Shown in pieces: positions 21,234 through 28,606 of a DNA stretch of 28,606 nt. Location of the stretch: NCBI RefSeq assembly GCF_006345805.1, contig NW_021836005.1:1-28606 (forward strand). The letters run 5' to 3'. Under the pieces are notes generated by a model. It made no database searches. It worked only from the letters and a program-made list of their open reading frames with translations, and had not been told where the DNA came from. Source of the stretch: Octopus sinensis (taxonomy: Eukaryota). Numbering within the stretch: the first letter of the stretch is position 1; the number at the start of each line of letters is the position of its first letter. Position numbers and translations under genes: made by a program.

Positions 21234-21691
21234 GTCTATATATGTATATATATATATATATTTCTGTGTGTATGTGTGTCTTGTGCTGTGCGTGTATGTG
21301 TGTGTGTGTGTGTGTGTGTCTCTGTGTGTGTCTCTGTGTGTGTCTGTGTGTTTGTATAGTTTTACTGTAAGGTGTCATTTTCATTGTGCTTTTCACCTCA
21401 CATCTCCTTAAACTCTACTACATCCTGTAACAAATAACTCATTTCTGCCACTCCAAAATTACATTCTTTTTATGCTTCCTCCCACCACGTTACTTCTATT
21501 TTATAATAAATATTTATTTTTATTCTTCATTTCGTTTCTATTTTAATACATATGTGTGTGTGGCTTCCTAAATATAGATTATATAACTCCATCTCTGTGG
21601 GTTTTCTTACCTTTGGCGCTTCATACTCTTTGTGTAAATAGAACTACTCTTAATCTAGGTGTGTGTGTGTATGTGTGTGTGTGTGTGTATA

Positions 21692-21728
<37 letters not shown>

Positions 21729-22097
21729 GCGCGCGCTTGTATAAGCGTGTTTTCATGATTGTGTGTATAGAATATGTTCACGCACGTATGCAATATATAT
21801 GCATGCATCCTTGTGCATAGTTGCGCATATCTTTGTATAAATAATATATATGCATGTACATAGTATATATTTTTGTGTATGCGTGTTTAGTAAACATATT
21901 TATGCGCGTGGTGCATGCATTATTTATAACAAGCGCACGTGTAATTACATGAGTATGTACGCACAAACACATATGTTCGTATGTGTGCATATATATCTGC
22001 ACACGCATATATATAGTCAAATATAGATATATATATAAGCACACCTATATATATACATATATCCACACATATGTACATATATATGTATATCAATATT

Positions 22098-22149
<52 letters not shown>

Positions 22150-22633
22150 TACATATACATATATATATATAAACACGTATGCGTATACATGTGTATATAT
22201 ATATATATACACGTATGGATATGCATACGTGTATATATTTAGTTGAATGTGTCTGAGTCTTGGCTATCAAGCATTATGCTTGAATAAGTTATTCAGTACC
22301 CACTTGCACTGTACACAATAAACTTATATACAAACATGTTTAGTATGTATATAAGAGTACGCATAAGCCTCATGCAAACGTACACGTACCTGCATAGGTT
22401 GAAACATGTCCTACGCTTGTATAAACAATACATGTTTAAAATATATGACAAGATGTGTGTGTGTGTGTGTGTGTGTGCATGTGTGTGTGTACATGCATGC
22501 TTGTATATACATATTATACGCCCAACTCACACAGAGATATATACATATACAAACATTCACTGATATATATGAATATAGATAGATGTGCGTATATGTGTAT
22601 ATGTATGATACTGTGTGTAATTACGTGTATATA

Positions 22634-23045
22634 CTCTTTTACTCTTTTACTTGTTTCAGTCATTTGACTGCGGCCATGCTGGAGCACCGCCTTTAGTCGA
22701 GCAACTCGACCCCGGGATTTATTCTTTGTAAGCCCAGTACTTATTCTATCGGTCTCTTTTGCCGAACTGCTAAGTTACGGGGACATAAACACAACAGCAT
22801 CGGTTGCCAAGCAATGCTAGGGGGACAAACACAGACACACAAACATACACGCACACATATATAGATATATATACATATATACGACAGGTTTCTTTCAGCT
22901 TCCGTCAATCCAAATCCACTCACAAGGCTTTGGTCGGCCCGAGGCTATAGTAGAAGACACTTGCCCAAGGTGCCACGCAGTGGGACTGAACCCGGAACCA
23001 TGTGGTTGGTAAGCAAACTACTTTCTACACAGCCACTCCTGCGCC
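22634..23045 (-). mobile_element. tRNA-derived SINE, same family as 2922-3336, full length
   Basis: Minus strand GGCGCAGGAGTGGCTGTGTAG head through ...GACTGAAACAAGTAAAAGAGTAAAAGAG tail; best-preserved copy. Confidence 0.93.
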
Positions 23046-23752
23046 TATATATGTATATATAGATTGTTTTCCTATGGTTATTAAACTAATTCGCTTGCTT
23101 CAACTGTGGATACTCTAATGACTGCATTTTCTGAAGGGCAGCAACAGCAGAGGATACAGGCACTCGAGTCAACAAAGAATCGTTGCTGATATCGGGAAAC
23201 CTGTAACTACCGACTGCACTCTCGAGTGAGAAAACTAGGGAAGGAGTGGTATTTCATTACCTTAAATGCGCATGTTATCATGAGGTTCTCAATGAAAACC
23301 AACCCCGATGCTCATGATCCAACATACACATTCCATGAGAAGATACCTGTTCAACGAATGAATCTTAAGCTGGTGTTGTGGTTACGCATTTTTCAGCAAT
23401 ACCACCTTTGCTGCTAGGGACGTAGATCCCAGATACAATGATGACTCAAAACGACTGGTGTCTCCTCTCTAAAGCAGGAGGCTGTCGAAAATCTATTCTC
23501 TCGGAAAGCCTCTTAACCTTTTTACTACGGAAATCAGATATATCGAATCATAATTTCAATACCCTAAAATACAGACAGCAGTTTTTATTTTTAACAACAA
23601 TCTTCTCTTTGTTGAGGAACGTCATGTTTGAAACTAAATTTTGCAGCGATATGTTGCTGTTATTGAGGCAACGTGATTTATAGAAAACACCACTCAAAAC
23701 TGCATATGTGAGTGTGTATTATATATACATACATACACACACACATATATAT

Positions 23753-23813
<61 letters not shown>

Positions 23814-23924
23814 CATATATATATATACATACACAAATGTATATATATATTTATATATATATATATATGTATGTATGTATATATATATGTATATGTATAT
23901 GTATATATATATGTATATGTATAA

Positions 23925-24140
23925 CGGGAAGCTTTATGAAAATAGACAAAAGACGAAGGCAGGTTTACGGAAATAAACAAAAGACGAAGGCAGGTGGAAT
24001 ACAAACAAACAATTGTATTAGTATGGCGCTCAGGAAATATAAATAAAACAAGTCTTTAACGTTTCGAGCCTACGCTCTTCAACAGAAAGATACACAGAGA
24101 AGAAAGACAGAAAGAAGGAGAGAAAAAAAATGCGTGCAGA
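23925..24140 (-). mobile_element. Penelope-type remnant with hammerhead-like motif
   Basis: Duplicated ACAAAAGACGAAGGCAGGT (two copies ~23947-23995); ACGTTTCG...CTCTTCAACAG motif; purine-rich flank. Confidence 0.5.
24053..24090 (-). ncRNA. Variant minimal hammerhead-like motif
   Basis: TCTTT-CTGTTGA-A-GAGC-GTAG-GCTC-GAA-ACGT-T-AAAGA: 5-bp stem I, 4-bp stem II, palindromic ACGT stem III, core A6>U. Confidence 0.5.
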
Positions 24141-24423
24141 GGCTAGCGAATCAACATGATATATGTCTATGTAATAATTATAAGTGCTATGAAAAACTAT
24201 CTACCTACAAGACATAAAACGTAGAAATGCTAGAAATTATAATGAAAAGATAAGATAGATATACATGCATGCATACATATATGCATGCAACAAGACCGTT
24301 GCACCAAAGCGTCACATCTTTCTGTCTCAACTTTAGAAAGTCAGAGAAATATATAAAACCGGTTAAGTTGTTAATAATTTCAAAATAAAAATCTAAGCTA
24401 ATCCCATTGCATTTCAATACACA

Positions 24424-24508
<85 letters not shown>

Positions 24509-24519
24509 GTATATCTATC

Positions 24520-24550
<31 letters not shown>

Positions 24551-24600
24551 ATGTCTGTCCGTCCGTCTGTCTGTCTGTCTGTCCGTCTGTCTGTCTCTCT
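24424..24600. repeat. (ATCT)n grading into (GTCT/GTCC)n
   Basis: Direct reading. Confidence 0.95.
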
Positions 24601-25146
24601 CTCTATATATACACACACACACACACACATTTATATATATATATATGCATACATATATACATACATGCATATATTTATATATATGTACATATATATATTT
24701 ATATATATATATATGGACGCATATATAATTATGTATTTATATATGGATATATGTATGCATATATATGCATGTGCGTGCGTGCGTGTGTGTGTGTGCGTTT
24801 GTGTGTGTACACGCGCGCGCGTTTATTACCTTTCACAACATAGCATTTATCGCTTGAGAATGCACGTGTACACCTCATTGTAGTAGTTTGCTCTTCAACA
24901 TGAACCCGATATATAAATCGCATATAAATGATATATATGCGCTCTATAATGAAGTGGTGATGACAGAAGCCGCTCAGCTATGAAAAATATTACTCCCTAA
25001 ATAGCGTATGTTATATTTCAAATAGGAAATTCATACCAGCAGGGGTGTCTGTACGTGTGAACGTGTTCGTGTGTGCTTTGTAAATGTGATTGAACTGACG
25101 CGCTAGCATTTGTGTGCGCGTGTTTGCGTGTGGATGAATGTGTTTG

Positions 25147-25163
25147 TGTGTGTGTGTGTGTGT

Positions 25164-25224
<61 letters not shown>
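25147..25224. repeat. (GT)n microsatellite
   Basis: Direct reading. Confidence 0.95.
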
Positions 25225-25225
<1 letters not shown>

Positions 25226-25521
25226 ATGCGTGAATGTTTGTGCATGTGTGAGCGTGTAAGTGGCATTATATATCATATAGACATTAGACTTACTCGGCTC
25301 TTATTATGCATGTCTGAAGGCATGGTTGTATGTTTTTAATATGTATGTTTATATACATCATACATGCACGCGCGCACACTCACACAACGATACACACAGA
25401 TATATATTTATACATATTTAATTATTAATTATTACATTCACGTGTCTATATGCGTGAGCTTGTGCGTGGCGTGTCTGTGCAATGCAATGCATATTATTAT
25501 AGATCTATATATATAATATAT

Positions 25522-25566
<45 letters not shown>

Positions 25567-25733
25567 AGAGAAGAGAGACAGACAGAAAGAGACAGAGGCG
25601 AGAGAGACGTATCGTATAGAATGATTCCAGTTTTTACACAAATTCTAACCACAGTTAATATTTATGAATAATTTGTTTGTACACTCACTCGGGCTATGGA
25701 TATATATAGGCGTGTATATGAATTTGCATGTAA

Positions 25734-25775
<42 letters not shown>

Positions 25776-25798
25776 TGTGTGTGTGTCTGTGTGTGTTT

Positions 25799-25950
25799 TA
25801 CGAGGGGTTTCTTTCAGTTTCCATCTATCAAATCCACTCACAGGAAAGTAGCAAAAAACACTTAAGACACCTGGCCAAGGTGTCATGCAGTGGGATTGAA
25901 ACTAGAACCACTAGGTTGAAACCATATGGTTCCGGTTTCCACACAGCCAT
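25799..25950 (-). mobile_element. 5' half of the 2922-family SINE, diverged
   Basis: Plus strand TTTCTTTCAGTTTCCATCTATCAAATCCACTCACA...GCCAAGGTGTCATGCAGTGGGATTGAA...CACACAGCCA. Confidence 0.75.
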
Positions 25951-26784
25951 ATGCATGTATGTATGTATGTGTTTTTACAAGCGCATATTTAGCTAGTCAT
26001 GTTATCATGTCAATAAATACTTTTCAATTATATGAAGAACCCTTCTACGCGCCGAAAGATTTCCCGAGAGCTCTCAATCAAAGGGGAACGCATTTCATTG
26101 AGTGGGGTATTATATATGTATTGATGCAGATAGGAATAAAATGAAAAGACACTTGGCAATAACGTCGGTCGGGCGTCTTAGGTAAATGTGGGTGTATGTG
26201 GAGTGATAGAGATAAGCAGAGAGAGGAGGGAGATAAACAAAAAGAGAGGGGGAGGGAGAGAGAGAGAGAGTGAGAAAGATTGTAATTTCGCTGCTTAGCC
26301 ATAAGTTAGACCATAAACCACTTGTTAGATCTCAGTATATTTATAATGCACAATATTGCTATGTTCAGGCAATGGGTGGCGTGAATTCACTGACGTTCTT
26401 AGCTCTGGACTTGATTCAATATAAATTAATAAAAGAATGAATGACACAAGGACATTTGCAAGATAATAAATATAATTATGTAACTCCTGTTCTTTTCATT
26501 CATGTATACATACATAAACACACACACACACATACTTATACATATGCACACATATATATATGTACACACACACACATATATATACATACATAAACACACA
26601 CACATTTATACATAGACATATATATATATATGTGTGTGTGTGGGTGTGCGTGTGTGTGTGTATATATTTATGTATATATATATATATGTATGTAGATATA
26701 TACATATGTATGTTTGTATGTATCTATGAGCAATATTCAAAATAGGTTCAAAATGCGTTAAATCTCTCTCTCTCTATATATATA

Positions 26785-26925
26785 TAAGGTTGTCCCAAAA
26801 GTTCGTAGAAAGTCTTGGAAAATAATGGTCTTTATTTTGAGGAATAATTTTTGTTGTTTTTGTTAGTGCTTGGCGAGTAAAAATTCAATTTTCGCAAGTG
26901 TTTACGAACTTTTGGGACAACCTAA
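26785..26925. mobile_element. Mariner-type MITE, 141 bp
   Basis: Perfect 21-bp TIRs AGGTTGTCCCAAAAGTTCGTA (26787-26807 and 26903-26923); TA flanks; TIR resembles mariner TTAGGTTGGTGCAAAAGT. Confidence 0.85.
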
Positions 26926-26927
26926 TA

Positions 26928-26975
<48 letters not shown>

Positions 26976-27347
26976 CGTAATTTAAACAAGTTTAACTTTT
27001 TAACTCAAAAGAAAATTGGTTTTATTCTATATATTTATATGTATGAGAATTAAAATACAAAATACGTTTTCACGGAATAAAGGTGTTCTATATTAACTGA
27101 AAATGCATTAAGTATATGTTTGACATATACAACACAAGTAAAAATGTAAGATAGAAAACAAAAGGAATCATATGTTACTACGTCTTTTGTGAGACTCAGT
27201 ACTAATGCTGGTGCTAAATTTACGATAAATTCCTTTATCATTCGGGATTTTATGCTTTGCCTGGCTTCTTATTCAACCAGTAGGAATAAGCCGTCGGGCA
27301 AAGCTGACTAGATAAGCTGTCAAGTCACAATAAATTTTATATTATAT

Positions 27348-27567
27348 GCCTTTAGCATTTAAACCGACTATATCAGGCCATATTTTTCTACCTGTTTCAT
27401 GTTGAAACCAGCTACATCAGGTCTCTCTCACCTACTCTACAATGTCATTGTAAAAATAAACAGTGCCATCATCAAAATCTGGGAGCTACAAGATAATTCA
27501 TGCTTAATTCAAAATAATGTGAATGAATAAGTATTACATTTAAAAGAATAATTTGAATACTAAAGAG
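27348..27567. mobile_element. piggyBac-type MITE, degenerate
   Basis: CCTTTAGCATT ... AATACTAAAGAG terminal inverted match; TTAA on the right (27568-27571); left TSD eroded. Confidence 0.6.
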
Positions 27568-28339
27568 TTAATCTGCAAAAATCTACGTCCATAACATCAG
27601 CCACCGAATCCTGCCATACCATTTTTCAAGTTCATCTAAGATAATGAAACCAGAGACGGCATGGCTGATGCTGGAATGTTTTTCATTACAAATCTGATGG
27701 ATTAAGGATAACCTGCTGTTTAAAAATCAAGCAAACAGCCTTGCAAATATACTTCAACCAGTAATAGATACACACTGCATCAGAGATTGGGACGATGGAA
27801 TTATAATGCATTAGGCATAAGCACAGATCTGCGTTGGATTGAACCTAATCTTTTGGTTGGTTGATTTGTAACAAGCAACTTTGCAAATCTCTAATATTCA
27901 GCCTCATATTACGAATAATTATACTATTGAGATGTTAGGAATAAAATACAAACTATCAAGTTCGAAATGAAATAGAGAACAGAGAATGAAAGGTAGAAAA
28001 GTTGGTTCTCTCTCAGATTCACACACTTATTGCAGCGATCCTTCAATTTCTCTAAGCCCTGTAAAAGAACTCGGAAAGTTGAGCCTCTAGCCAGGCTTTT
28101 AGCGACACCCTTAAAACAAGGAACATTTCAGCTTCCCCACGTATCTATCTATCTATCTTTTGGAAATAATGAAATTCTCCCTTATATCGCATCGTAATAT
28201 CTTAAAATGCAAAGACATATTCGATAATGTACTTCGAAATACACAGAAATAGAAGGTTAAAGAGAAAGAAAGAATAATGATGATCTGGAACGATATTGGT
28301 CGGAGTTGACCAAAGTAAGGGACATGAATAAGAGCAAAA

Positions 28340-28365
28340 TCATCGTCATCATCAACGACAACATT

Positions 28366-28423
<58 letters not shown>

Positions 28424-28458
28424 GCAAATATCAATAACAACACCAATAACAACAACAA
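28340..28458. repeat. (CAT)/(CAA)n trinucleotide microsatellite
   Basis: Direct reading. Confidence 0.95.
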
Positions 28459-28606
28459 CGCGTTTAAGTTAAATCAACTTGTACGTGTTGTTCTTTTACT
28501 TCACTCCCACTCCAGTTAGTTATCCATTTAACGAGGAACAACATTAATCTTTGAAGAAAACATTATGTTTAACAAATTTTTGGTACATATACTCTGGAAG
28601 CTAATC

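Noticed and set aside
23085-23417. ~110-codon plus-strand frame interrupted by one TGA (possible exon or selenoprotein)
   Set aside because: No recognisable domain, convincing splice sites or SECIS; length compatible with chance.
23437-23520. ATGATGA as a snoRNA C box
   Set aside because: No suitably placed CTGA D box or terminal stem found.
3780-26745. Dozens of ORFs rich in [16 protein letters not shown] or MYVC
   Set aside because: Stop-free translations of di- and tetranucleotide repeats; no coding signal.

Overview
AT-rich, microsatellite-saturated eukaryotic non-coding DNA with no recognisable host gene. The SINE families and repeat content point to an octopus (cephalopod) genome; this is from recall, not a database search. 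Nearly all long ORFs in the supplied track are translations of (AT)n/(AC)n/(ATAC)n/(ATCT)n repeats. Real content is transposon debris: several tRNA-derived SINEs, a minus-strand L1/Tx1 ORF2 3' fragment, a nest of same-orientation R4/Dong-like retroelement pieces in a (TAA)n array (including a decayed RT-to-RLE ORF), a 391-bp non-autonomous Helitron with all terminal hallmarks, a decayed DD37D (maT) Tc1/mariner transposon, and mariner- and piggyBac-type MITEs. The most striking signal is about ten minimal type I hammerhead-ribozyme motifs from several distinct sequence families. Most sit in (TA)n-flanked foldback elements, three of which carry two divergently oriented hammerheads, consistent with non-autonomous Penelope-like (PLE) derivatives. 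All alignments, folds and translations were done by eye.
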